A program made the position numbers and the translations under genes. Positions 38,380-51,833 of a DNA stretch of 64,000 nt are shown here, piece by piece; the first letter of the stretch is position 1; each line of letters begins with the position of its first letter. The notes beneath the pieces were generated by a model. The model saw only the letters and a list, made by a program, of their open reading frames with translations, was not told the DNA's origin and did not search any database. This DNA comes from the human T2T-CHM13v2.0 reference genome, Homo sapiens. The stretch is taken from assembly GCF_009914755.1 (NCBI RefSeq), contig NC_060928.1; one strand, written 5' to 3'.

Positions 38380-40660
38380 AGTATATACAAAAATTTATTA
38401 GAATGAATATAATCATTTAGCAAGATACAATGTGTTATAAGTTATTGTACAGCATTTAAATATATATTCCATTAGTACAAAATAATTCAATATATGAAAA
38501 TATAAAATTAATAGCATATCTAAATATCAGAAACAAACAGGCAAAATAATCCAAGATTAAAAAAACACTGCTTATAATTGCATCAAAATGTCAAATAACA
38601 ATAAGAACAACTACAAATAGTGAGAAAAACTTTATAAATTTTAAAACATCACAGAATAAACTAAAGGAGACCTACATAGGCTGGGCGCGGCGGCTCACGC
38701 CTGTAGTCCCAGCGTTTTGAGAGGCTGAGGCAGCTGGATCACCTGAGGTCAGGAGTTCAAGACCAGCCTGGCCAACATGATGAAACCCTGTCTCTATTAA
38801 AATACAAAAATTAGCTGGGCGTGGTGCCAGGTGCCTGTAGTCCCATTTACTCGGGAGGCCGAGTCAGGAGAATCCTTTGAGTCTGGTAGGCAGAGGTTTC
38901 AGTGAGCCAAGATTGCAGCATTGCACTCTAGCCTGGGTGACAGAGCAATACTCTTGTCCTGCCCCTTCCCCCACCCCCCAAAAAATGAGGACATACATAA
39001 ATGGAAGCATGTTATGAATTTGAATATTCAATATTTTAAATGATTTTATTTGTAGCTATTTTAGTTAATGGCATTTTTGCTATCCCAGTCAAAATCTGTA
39101 TAAGTGGATGTGTTTGCATTTATAAGTATCTATGTATATGTGAAACTAGACAAACTAAATCTAAAATTATGGGAAAGACTGACATAATGGAATAACTATA
39201 ATGAAAAACAATTCTTATATCATATCTGTAGTAAATTACCATTAGATAATCTGACCAATGATCTTGCATAGAGAGCGCAAAATCTGGCCAGTGGAAACAT
39301 GGATACTTAATTTATGGGAAAAGATGGCATTGCAGAGAAGTAAAGAAAGAACAGTGTTACCAATAAATAACTTTAGTCCAATTCACTACTATTAGAAAAA
39401 AAACGTGTACTTTTCTTATTCTCAAACTATTTTAAAAATAATTTCTCTTGAAAGAGAAAATTAAAAGTAACTTCAAAACCAATAAAACTCTAGAGGATAA
39501 CATGAGTTATATTGCTTTCAAGTAAGTTTAGACTTCTAGAACCAAGCAACTGGTAAAGCTGACTATATTAAAACTAAGAATTTTATCAAACAACACAATT
39601 AAGTGAATGAAAAGTTAATACACAGTACAGGAAATTATTTGCAGCTGCTCTAACAGCATAATTATTTGTAGTACATATTTCAATATAAAATACAATTAAG
39701 AGAATAAAAAGTCAAGATACAGTATAGGAAATGATTTGCAACTGTCTCTAACAGTATGATTATTTGCGACATGTAAGTTATTTTTAAAAAGGTTCATATC
39801 CTGAACATAAAATAACTCCTATTAAGCAAAGAGAAAATAATAAAAAAATGAGAAAAATACTTAAGCTAGCACATCAGAAAACAGAATATTGAACTCATTA
39901 GAAACATATGGAAAAAATCCACAACCTTCTTAGGACACAGAAATATTCAAAAGAAAAACGTGATGTAATATTATTATAAAACCTTCATATTTATAACATT
40001 AAAAGAGTGATTACTACCAAAAGAGACGCTACTAGGGAGAACGGATGGCAATATTCATTCATTTTGGTGGCAATGTAATTTAGGTAACCATGGCAACGCA
40101 TTTGGCAATATCTACTAAAGTTTAACCTATACAAATTCTAAGACGAAGCAATTCCACTGCTAGATGTATATTTAATGATAATGGGTGTAATTGTGCATTG
40201 AGACTTATACAAGAATCTATCAGTATTCAATAAGACACCACACAAATGTCCATTAACATTAGAATATATTAAAATTTTGAGAAAAAATATCCTCCAGTGT
40301 AAAAACGAACAGATGACATCCACATGTAACAACACAGCATAGTTAAATCTCACTAATGCCAAGTTGAGCAAGATAGCCAAGAAAACTAATGTCTGAACCC
40401 ATTCTGTGCATTTCCAAAAATAGCCAAAACAATACTTGGTTAGAGGCTGGGATTGTGCTCACATTTTGCGGGCAAAGAGAGCATAGTGATTGGAAAATGC
40501 ATGAAAGTGTCTTTGAAAATACTAAATGTTTACTAGACTTTTACTAGATTTCAGTCAGTTTATATGTGTTTATTTTTTAATAGTTCATTGTGTTGTAAAA
40601 TGTCCTGTGTACTTTTTCCTATATGTTTTATAGTTCACAAGACAAATTTTAAATAATTTT
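38380..40660 (+). mobile_element. Old L1M(E) ORF2 3' half and 3'UTR, highly degraded
   Basis: A-rich sense ORF2-like motifs (GCAATTCCACTGCTAGATGTATA, CAAATGTCCATTAACA). Confidence 0.6.
38679..38985 (+). mobile_element. AluSx-like
   Basis: GGCTGGGCGCGGCGGCTCACGCCTGT...GATCACCTGAGGTCAGGAGTTC; diverged TSD AAAGGAGACCTACATA / AAATGAGGACATACATA. Confidence 0.95.
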
Positions 40661-41048
40661 AAAAAGTGTTTTTATATCTATACCAGGTTACTGCTATTAC
40701 TTTACTGTGAAATGTTGTGGGTTTTTTAAAATGTCCTTTTCTCCCTCTTCACTCCTCACTGGAAAATTTTGGAAAACAATTATGTACTTTGAAGAGTTAT
40801 ATGAGATTTAAAGCTAGACACCTCTATTGAAATCTACATTTGTGTCACAATATTTTGAAATAATTTTATGATATACGTTGATTTGTATTCCATTATGACT
40901 CTGGTTATTTTCTGTTGTTGTTGCAGTTGATCCACTGAGTACATTAGAAACTTTAGGAACATTTTAACGGAATTACAGAGCCAGTTTTATTGCTGCGTGT
41001 GATTTAATTTATCTTCTATTAGATACTAACTTTTAAGTATCATGCTTT

Positions 41049-41330
41049 TTTTTATTTATTATTATACTTTAAGTTCTAGGGTACATGTGCACAACATGCA
41101 AGTTTGTTACATATGTATACATGTGCCATGTTGGTGTACTGCACCCATTAACTCATCATTCACATCAGGTATATCTCCTAATGCTATCCCCTCCCACTTC
41201 CCCACCCCAGGACAGGCCCCAGTGTGTGATGTTCGCCTTCCTGTGTCCAAGTGTTCTCATTGTTCAATTCCCAACTATGAGTGAGAACATGCGGTGTTTA
41301 GTTTTCTGTCCTTGCGATAGTTTGCTCAGA
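41049..41330 (-). mobile_element. 5'-truncated L1PA5-like element (3'UTR only)
   Basis: TATACTTTAAGTTCTAGGGTACATGTGCACAAC...TTGCGATAGTTTGCTCAGA; exact TSD ATCATGCTTT (41039-41048, 41331-41340). Confidence 0.93.
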
Positions 41331-43821
41331 ATCATGCTTTCTTAATTCAGTAAAAGTTTATTCTTAGTTACATTTTCTGTCATTACATAAAATGCCTAGT
41401 TCAATATTCCACAGTATAGGTAAAACTACCTCCAATGTTTAAACTCTCAAATATCACATTTTGCTTTTGGAAACAAGACTATCATCTGAAACATTCACAA
41501 TTTTTTCACAACTACACTAAAAAATCTCTAAAATTTCAAATGCAATCTGTAGTTATTTCTACATAAATATATAACAATAGTAACAGAAAATTCAGCTACA
41601 ATCTCAAATATTTATATTGATATAAATTCTCTTTTCTTATAATAAACATAAAGTGATTAATCTTCATGTAATCATAATTTAACTTTCTATATGAATAAGT
41701 AGATAAAACTATCATTGTTCCTAGAAAAAGCCTATAAATAATTTTATTGGTCACATCCTAATGTTTTAAGAAATTCTTCTTTCCCAGGATGACGAACACG
41801 GAATAAAGTTAATGAGTTTACCACAAAGTATCAGTTCTTTCTTTTTCAATTTGTTTGGTTTTAACTACCCCCTATCATTAAAACAATGACCAGGAAATGA
41901 AGAAATTAAGGTTGATCAGAGAAAGTAATTATTTAAAGAAAAATAGCATCATGTAATGTTACTTTATCACTGACTGGTAAGGAAGTTGACTTGTACTAAA
42001 AAAAAAAAAAGAAAATGAAGGAAGCAAAAGAGGTTTGATAAATGGATACTATCAACAAAAGATAAATGACCACAGTGATAAGACTTGATCACTTACCAGC
42101 TTCTGAGAAACATTTATTCTCAATGAAGCCTACTGAGTTTTTCACTATTTTGAGTCAAATCTTCATATAGTTTTATTATTTTCTCAAACACAACTAGGAA
42201 AAGTGAACAATAATACAAAGTTACCCATTTAATAAAGTTTTCAGAAACACACACATTCATGAACACATAGTGGTAAACATTTTCCTTCCTCCTCACTTTA
42301 ATTCAGGTAGGTTATCATTGTATTATTTTCTATAATTGTATTTATTACTTATTATTAATATATTTCTCCTACTTTAACAATGAGTGAACAGAATAACCAG
42401 AAACTGCAAAATGAAAAGAACTGAGTTCTATTTATTTTAGTTATCCTGATACCTTGAGCAAATTTCTTACTCAATGAAATATTCTTTTTGTTAATTAGGA
42501 GGCTGATTGAAGATGATGTTTGAAAGCAGTTTGAAGCAAAATGTTATGGTGATAAAATTCTGAGAGGCCTTGTTTTGAATCTTTCTATATTGTAAGATCC
42601 ATTGGTCAAGTCACCTTTTTTGCTGAGTCTGAATGTTATTGTGTATGGAGTGCAGATTATAATACTTATACTATTTCTCCTGCAAATTCAATGTTATACT
42701 TAGTATATTGCCTGACATAAAATAGGTGGTCAATAAATATAACTTTCCTCTCATCCACTTATTAAAATAAAATATAAATTTCTCATCAGTGTGCCAGTTT
42801 TAATGTTCTATATTAAAATACCTCTGAGTTTAGCAGTTATATATAAAAAATTTAATATATGTGTTTTCAGATTTCAGGATTTAACTGTATAATTAAAAAT
42901 AATATTTAAGTATAAAAAAGATAAAATATCTAAAGTCATGAGCTTCATTTTTTACTCTTTCATGTATAAAATTTTAATAATTAACCAAGTCTTATTGTAT
43001 TAAAAATATTGTTTAAAGTATTTTTCACTGATTTTATGTTAAACTAATATTTAGTGAGAACTTTATATATTCCAGTCTTTGTCTAAGGTCATTGGAATGG
43101 AAAGAAGAATAAGAGTAATTCCAACCATCCCAAGAGAAATAGGCTATTTGAGGATACAACATAGTAAAAAAAAAAAAATGCAATAAATGAAGAAAAATGT
43201 TGACAGAAGTCTTCATGTACTGCTAGTAAATACTGATGAATAAATAATTAATTGCATAGTAGGAGAAAAACTTCATAGAAAAATGAATACAATGAATTAT
43301 TCAAGTAAAATTGGAAGTGTCTCTGATGGTTAAGAAAAAAACACAAACAAGTGAATTACAAGCAGAAGAGAATAATATCTGTAAAATCTGGGTGGCTATT
43401 ATACCATGGTGTTTCTATGAATAAACTGCAGATAGAAAGATAGAGGAAAAAAACTGTATACTTTTTTTCTTTGAAGTTAAAAATTTCAGCTTTATTCAGG
43501 AGTCTTACTTGAGAAATGTCAATTATCAGCATTGTTTTTATTAGAATCTTAATTTTGGAAGGAGTTTAGAAATATGTTTACTTCTGTTCTTGTATTCATT
43601 TAAAAAGTTATGCTTTGAATATATCAATAGCATTCTTCCGAATTATATTACTTTTCTTTTTTTCTACTTCTGCATTTGAAAGAAATAATCTGATATCCAA
43701 AGACCGTATATTTCTTCACCTGCTTTCTGTATACAATAATTATTATTCATTAATTCTAGCAGCATCCAGTAAAAATCTTCAGTGATTCAGGCCTTGTGCC
43801 AGATGCTAAACAATTTTTAAA

Positions 43822-44114
43822 TTTTTTTTGAGACAGCCTGTTTCCCAGGCTGGAGTGCAGTGGCGTGATCATGACTCACTGCAGCCTCGACCTGTCAGGC
43901 TCAAGTGATATCCCCCAACCCCATCCCTGTAAGTAGCTGAGACCACAGGCACACATCACCACACCAGGCTGATTTTTTTTTTTCTTTCTTTTTTCATAGA
44001 AACAAGGTCTTGCCATGTTGCCCAGGGTAGTCTCAAACTCCTGGGCTCAAGTGATCTTCCTGCCTCAGCCTCCCAAAGTGCTGGAATTACAGGCATGAGT
44101 CACCGCGCCTGGTC
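43822..44114 (-). mobile_element. AluJ
   Basis: Antisense Alu with J-type motifs (CACTGCAGCCTCGACC, CTCCTGGGCTCAAGTGATC). Confidence 0.92.
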
Positions 44115-44139
44115 AACAAACCTTGAGAGAAAAAATATA

Positions 44140-45060
44140 TGTTCAAAGAATCAAAAGAAAGTCACAGGCTGAGAGAAAATACTTGCAAATCACATATATC
44201 TGGTAGAGCACTTGTATCAAAAATATATTACTAAAAGATCTTTTAAGACTCAACAATAAGAAACAAAATGGGCAAAATATCTGAATAAATACCATATCAA
44301 GGAAGATATACAGATAGCAAGTAAGCATATGAAATATGCATCATATGTCATTAGGGAATTGCAAGTTAAAACAACAAGGAGGTACTACTACACACATTAG
44401 TACAGCTAAATCCAAAACACTGACAAAATCAAATGCTAGCAAGGATATTGAGAAATAGCAACTATCATCAATGCTAGTGAGAGTGCCAAAAGGCGCAGTC
44501 ACTTTGAAAGACAGTTTGTCAGCCTTTTACAAAGCTAAAAATAGTCTAACCATAAGATGTAGCAATCAGGCTTATATATGTTTACCCAAGGGACTTAAGA
44601 ATTCATGTCCACACATAAACTTGTACATAAATATTTACAGCAACTTCATTAAAAAAATTGTCAAAATGCAGAAGCGACCAAGATCATCTTCAAATAAATG
44701 CTGCTAAGTGACAGGTCAGCCCCGAAGGGCTACATACTGTATGATTCCAACTATATGACATTTTTGAAAAGGCGAAACTATAGACAGTACAAAGATCAGT
44801 GGTTGCTGGTGGTTTGATGGATGAGGGGAGGTTAAATAAGTGGAGCAGAAGGTATTTTTAGAGCAGTGAAACTATTTTCTATGACACTGAAATGGTAAAT
44901 GCATAACAATAGCGATTTGTCAAAACCTGGAGAAATGTGCAAAGCAAAGAAGTGTGCAAAGCAAAGAAATGTACAAAGCAAAGAAGAATTCTGTACTTTA
45001 TGTTCAATTTTTTGTAACTCTAAAATTGCTCAAAATATAAAATCTACCAATTAAAAGCAA
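44140..45060 (+). mobile_element. L1MC 3' part
   Basis: GGCTACATACTGTATGATTCCAACTATATGACATTTTTGAAAAGGC...GCAGTGAAACTATT. Confidence 0.8.
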
Positions 45061-45875
45061 ATCTTTAAAAATAAAACATAGAACATAATTGAATAATTTT
45101 AAAAAACAATGAAAATGAAAATAGCATATAGAAGAACATTTATCATGCATCTAAATCAGTGTTCAGAGCAAAATTCAAAACTTTAAGCACATACTGATTT
45201 AAAAATAAGAAGTAAGCATTATTTTTCAAAAAATGAATAACAAGAAATTAAGCCAAAATACGAAAGGACTTAATTATAAAATTAATATTAAATGAATTAG
45301 ATATCAAAAGCATTACAGCAGAATTAAAAAAATTATATAATCGATTTACTGGAAAAAAATATAAAAAACCAACTACTGTTTAAACCAAAGAAAAAATAAG
45401 AATATCAAATATATACAATAAAGAATGGTAAGAGGAGAAAATTGTTCATAGAATAAAAGAAAAAGAAACCTTTACAATCCATAAGAGTATTTTAAAACCT
45501 AAATTAAATGGGCAATACTGTAGGATAATAATTGTGCTAAAACTGATCTCAGAGGAAATATTAAGTTCAAGTTGACTTATTTCCACAGAAATAAAAAAAT
45601 TATAAAAGCAAATAGATAAATAAATATTAAAACATTAGAAAAAATTTATAAGGGAATTATTCTAACAAACCTCTAGTTGATAATTTCATGTCAGTTAAAC
45701 TACACTATGACATAAAAGATAAAAATACTCTAAATTTATTTATATATCTCAATGAAAAATTCTAGAAAAAGACTGGCAAAACTGAATTGATTTTTGCCAA
45801 ATAGAGATTATTTCAGTATGTCACAGATGCATCAATACTAGAAATGTTTATATAAAACATGAAATTAATGCTCTG
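45060..45875 (+). mobile_element. Old L1M ORF2 remnant (continues at 52975-53100 after the nested L1PA)
   Basis: Degraded ORF2; left flank resembles GFIPGMQGWFNI codons and right flank resembles [11 protein letters not shown] codons (AAATGATCATCACACAAATGCTGAAAAG). Confidence 0.6.
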
Positions 45876-48492
45876 AAAAAATGATTGACTAGATGCAGCC
45901 AGGAAGTGCCATTCCCACTGAGAAGGCCTGGGATTTCAACTAAACTAACACAATTTGAACAAATCTTTGGAGAAAAAACAACTGTGGGTGGAGAAAATTT
46001 GCAGGTGCTGAGGCTGAAGAGGGAGGAAGCTGGGAACCCGGCATGGCGTGCCTGAATGCTTGGGCGAGCTCCTGGGGAAGGGGTGAGTGAAGGGATAGGG
46101 GGACTACCACCTCTTGCCATGGGCCTCTAGGATCCTAGGTGCAGGGGATCCCCCGCATCCCATAGATGTTTGAGCTGGCAGGGGGAACCTGTCCAGAGAC
46201 TGGACAGAAACGGGATTTCAGCAGACACGGAGCTGGAAACCTTTGTGTGTGGGACAGTTCTGTAGTCTGGCCATAAGTGCCAATCCCCCAGGCCTCCCTG
46301 GATCCCACTGAAAGGCTCTGGCCCCAGCTAAATGCTGGACCTGAAGAATCAGGGACAGCTTCCCTGCGGGTCTGTGGCACTTCTGTCCTGCAGCTCCCCT
46401 GCCTGCCAGCCCATCCCAGGGCTCCTGCCTGGCTGCACGCAGGCGTGTGTACACGGTGCTGCCTCTGCTGTCCAGTCCAGGTGCTTTGCTACACCTCAGT
46501 GCATTATGCCAGCCTGGGACCCCTTCGGATCCCCTAGTACACGAGGAACCCAACCCTGAGAGTCTGAAGGAGTGAGGAGCAGGCACGCCCTGGCGCCCAC
46601 CCCAGGGCTGCAGCCCATGGCTGGAGAGTACCATCACTCAAGCAGGGGAGGAGTTCACACTCACAGAAAACTGAAAGTGAGGGGTCACACAGGTTTACGG
46701 GCTGGTGTGAGACCTAGGCATGCCTCCCTCCACAGGGCTGGTCTGATAAGGGTGGGGCCTGTCTCCCTGCTGGACCTCTACAAGAGAGAGCCTAATGGCC
46801 CAAAACACTTAGATAAACAAAATTGCAGACACAGTGCTAATGATCAGAGGTGGCTCTCCCAAGGCCCATGAGCAGACCTGGTGAAAGAGTCACTTCTCTT
46901 CCTCCTGCACTGCAGAACACAGCAGCAAACATGAGTATATGCAAAAGAGCAGCGCTGCGCGGCTAAGAGCTTATTTACGGCCTATTGCTCTCCAGTGCCC
47001 TATACTGGATCGCAGACTAAACTACACCAAAAACTGCTAATTTTTCCTCCTGAGAAACCAAGGGCAATAATTCAACAACAAAGGTACTGTACAGAGCCTT
47101 TGCCTTCTAAAAACTTCCAGAAACAAAGACAACTGATTATACTCAATTACCATAACTGAAAGAACACCCACCCTTCAAGAAGATAAAGATAAACCAAGAG
47201 AACTCTGACAATTCAAGAAGCAAGTGTCCCCTCACCTCCAAAGGAACCCACTAGCTCCCTGGCAATGGTTCTTAACCAATCTGAAATAACTGAAATGGCA
47301 GACATGGAATTCAAAATGTTGACAGAAAGGAAACTCACTGAGATCTAGAAGAAAGTGGAAAAGCAATTCAAGGCAGTCAAACAATCAAATAAGACCATTC
47401 AAGTGCTGAAAGATGAAATAGCCATTTTAAGAAAGACCCAAACTGAACTTCTCATGTTAAAAAATTTGCTACAAAAATTTCATAATGCAATAGGATATAT
47501 TAACAGCAGAATAGATCAAGCTGAGGAGAATCTGAGAGCTCAAAGCCTGCTTCTTTGAATCAATTCATTCAGAAAAAAATAAAGAAAAAATAATTTTTTA
47601 AATTAAAAAAACCTCAGAGAAATATGGAATTATGTAAGGTATGAAATATATTATTCATTGGTATCCCTGAGAGAGAAGGAGAGAAAATAAGCCATTTGAA
47701 AAATATATTTGATGATATAGTTTATGAAAAATTTCCTAATCTTCCTGGGGAGTTTTACATGCAAATTCAAGAAATATAGAGAAACCCAGCTAGACAGTAC
47801 ACAAGATGACCACTCCAAAGGCAGATCGTCATCAGATTCACCAACATTAAACAAAAGAAAAAAGACTCAAAGGCAGCTAAAAAGGTCAGATCATATACAG
47901 AGTGACTTCCATCATGCTGGCAGCAGACTTATCAGCAGAAACTTTACAAGCCAGAAGAGATTGGTGGCCTATTTTCAGCATCATTCCAGAAAATAAATTT
48001 CAACCAAAAATTTCATACTGCATTAAATTGAGCTTCATACATGAAGGAGAAAAAAAAATCTATCTCAGACAAGCAAATGCTAAGGGAATTTGTTTAAACT
48101 AGACCACCTTTACAAGAGTTCCTTAAGGGAGTGGAAAACATAGAGTCCAAAGAATGACACCTGCTACCACAAGTATTCACTTAAGCACATAGCCCACAGA
48201 CACTATTAAGCAACTACACAATCAAGTCTACATAAAAACTAGCTAAAAACATGATGATAGCATCAAAATCTCACTCCAAAATAAATGGACAAAATGCCTC
48301 ACTTAAAAGACAGAGTGGTACGTTAGATAAAAGATAAGACCCAACTGTCTGTGGTCTTCCTGAGACTCATCACACATGTAACAAAATCCATAGGCTTGGA
48401 GAAAGATCTACCATCCAGTGAGAAAACAAAAAAAGAGCAGGAATTGCTATTTTTATATCAGACAAAATAGACTTTAAGCCTTAAACAATTAA

Positions 48493-48975
<483 letters not shown>

Positions 48976-51519
48976 TAACCACTCAATAGGAGTGGGAGAC
49001 ATCAACACCCCACTGATGGCATTGTACAGATTATCAAGGAAGAAAACTAAGAAAGAAACTCTGGACTTAACACACACTTTGAACAACCAAAGAATATACA
49101 TTCTACCCATCTGTATGTGGATCGTATTCCAAGATAGACCACATGATTGGTCATAAAGCAAGTCTAAATAACATTTTTAAAAATCAAAATTATACCAAGC
49201 ACTAAAACCAGAGTGCAATGAAATTTTCAAGATCTCTTAAAACTACACTAAGACATGGAAATGGAAAAACTTACTACTGAATAACTTTTTATTGAACATC
49301 ACAGTTAAGTCAGAAATCAAATAATTATTGTAAATTAATAAAAATAGGATCACAACTTACTAAAATCTCTGAGACACACCTAAAGCAGTGTTAAGAGGAA
49401 AGCTTATAGCACGAAATGCCTTCATTAAGAAGTTAGAAAGATTTCAAATTAACAATCTAAGTTTGCACCTAAAGAAACTGGAAATAAAACAGAACCAACC
49501 AACATCAAAGCTAGCAGAATAAAGTAAATAACTAAAATTAGAAAAGAACAGAATTAAATTGAGACACAAAAATCCATAAAAAAAACGAGAAAAAAATCCA
49601 TACAAAAAATCTTGAAACCAAAAGTTGGTTTTTGAAAGAATAAGTACAACTGATAGACATCCTCTAGCTAGATTAACAAAGAAAAAGAAAGAGAATTTTC
49701 CAAATAAGCACAATCAGAAATGACAAAGGCAATATTGAAACTTATAGAATACAAAAGATTCTCAGAGACAACTATGAACAATTCTATGCACAGAAATTTT
49801 TAAATCTAGGGGAGAAGTATAAGTTTCTGGCTTACACAATCTCCCAAGTTTGAATCAGGAAGAGACTGAAACCCTGAAGAGACCATATAAACTTCTGAAA
49901 TTCAATCAGTAATAAAGAACATATCTATCAAAAAAAGTCCTGGACCAGTTGGATTCACATGCAAATTCTACCAAATGCTCAAAGAAGAACTGACGCTAAT
50001 CTTACTGACACTATTCCTCCAAATGGAGGAGAAGATGTTCCTTCCTAATGCATTTTATGAAGCCAGCATCAGCCCAATTGTATTTCATAAAGCAAGCATC
50101 TTTACCAAAATTTGGCAGAGACGTTATTAAAAAAAAAAAAAAGGAAGAAAAGAAACAAAAGAAAAAAGGAAACTTCAGGCTAGTATTCCTGATGAATGTA
50201 GATGCAAAAATCTTCAACAAAATATTAGTAAACTAAATCCAAGAGCACATCAAAATGTTAACACACCACAATCGTGTATGCTTTATATCAGAAACACAAA
50301 GCTTGTTCAACATACACAAATTAATTAATGTGATTTACTACATAAACAGAATTAAAACCAAAAACCATAGGATCATCTCAATAGATGCAGAAAAAGCTTT
50401 TGATAAATTCCAACATCCCTTCATGTTAAAAACCCTGAACCAATTTGGCATCGAAGGAACATACCTCAAAATAATAAGAGCCATCTAGTAAAAACTCACA
50501 GCCAACACCATACTGAATGGGTTAAAGCTCAAACCATTTCCCTCAAGAGCTAGAAAAAGACAAAGATGCCCATCCTCAATACTTCTATTTATCATAGTAC
50601 TGGAAGTCCTAATCACAGCAATCAGGCAAGAGAAAGAAATAAATGGCATCAAAATAGGAAAGGAAGAAGTCAAAATATCTCTCTTAACTGACTGTATGTG
50701 TCTATACCAAGAAAATCCTAAAGACTCTGCCAAAAGATTCCTGGCACTAATAAAAACTTTAGTAAAGTTTCAGGATACAAAATCAATGTACAAAAATTAG
50801 TAGTATTTCTATACGTCAATAATGTCCAGGCTGATAGTGAGATCAAGAACACAATCCCACTTACGATTGCCACAAAGAAAATGAAATATCTGAGAATACA
50901 GCTAACCAAGGAGATGAAAGATAACTACAAAGAAAACTATAGAAAATTGCTGACAGAAATTAGAAATGACACAAATAAATGGAAAAACACTTTATGGTCA
51001 TAGATTGGAAGAATCAATGTGGTAAAAATAGCCATACTGCCCAAAGCAATCTACAGAGCCCACACTATTGTATCAATCTACCAATATCATTTTTCACATA
51101 ATTAAAAAAAGGATTCTAAGATTCATATGCAACCAACAAAGAGCCTGAATATCCAAAGCAATCTTAAGCAAAAAGAACAAAGCTCGTGGCATCACACTAT
51201 CTGACTTCAAACTATACTACAAATCTACACTAACCAAAATAATGTGGTACTGGCACAAAAGCAGACACATATGTCCATAGAACAGCCTGGAAATCTCAGA
51301 AATAAAGCCACACATTTACAACAATCTGATCTTCTACAAGGCCACCAAAAAACAAGCAATGGGGAAAAGACTCCCTATTCAACAAATGATGCTGGGATAA
51401 CTGGCTAGCCGTATGCAGAAGATTGAAGCTGGACCCCTACCTTTCACCATGTACAAAAATTAACTCAAAATGGATCAAAGGTTTATATGTAAGACTTCAA
51501 ACTATACAAATTATAGGAG

Positions 51520-51833
51520 TACCAGGCATAGTGGCTTACTCCCGTAATCCTAGCCCTTTGGTAGACCAAGGTGGGTGCTTCGCTTGAAGTCAGGAGTTCG
51601 AGACCAGCCTGGCGAACATGTCAAAACCCCATCTCTACTAAAAATACAAATATTAGCCAGGCATGGGGGCATGTGCCTGTAATCCCAGCTACTTAGGAGG
51701 CTAAAACAATCTTGTACCCGGGAGACGGAGGTTTCAGTGAGCCAAGATCACGCCACTGCACTCTAACCTGGTTGACAGAGTGAGACACCATCTCAATGAA
51801 ATAAAATAAAATAAAGTAAGTAAATAAATAAAT
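51520..51833 (+). mobile_element. Alu (Sz/J-like) inserted in L1 ORF2
   Basis: CCAGGCATAGTGGCTTAC...GTCAGGAGTTCGAGACCAGCCTGG...(TAAA)n tail. Confidence 0.93.

Noticed and set aside
45848-46871. Cluster of GC-rich overlapping ORFs or possible CpG-island gene
   Set aside because: This is the L1 5'UTR; ORFs are expected from GC content
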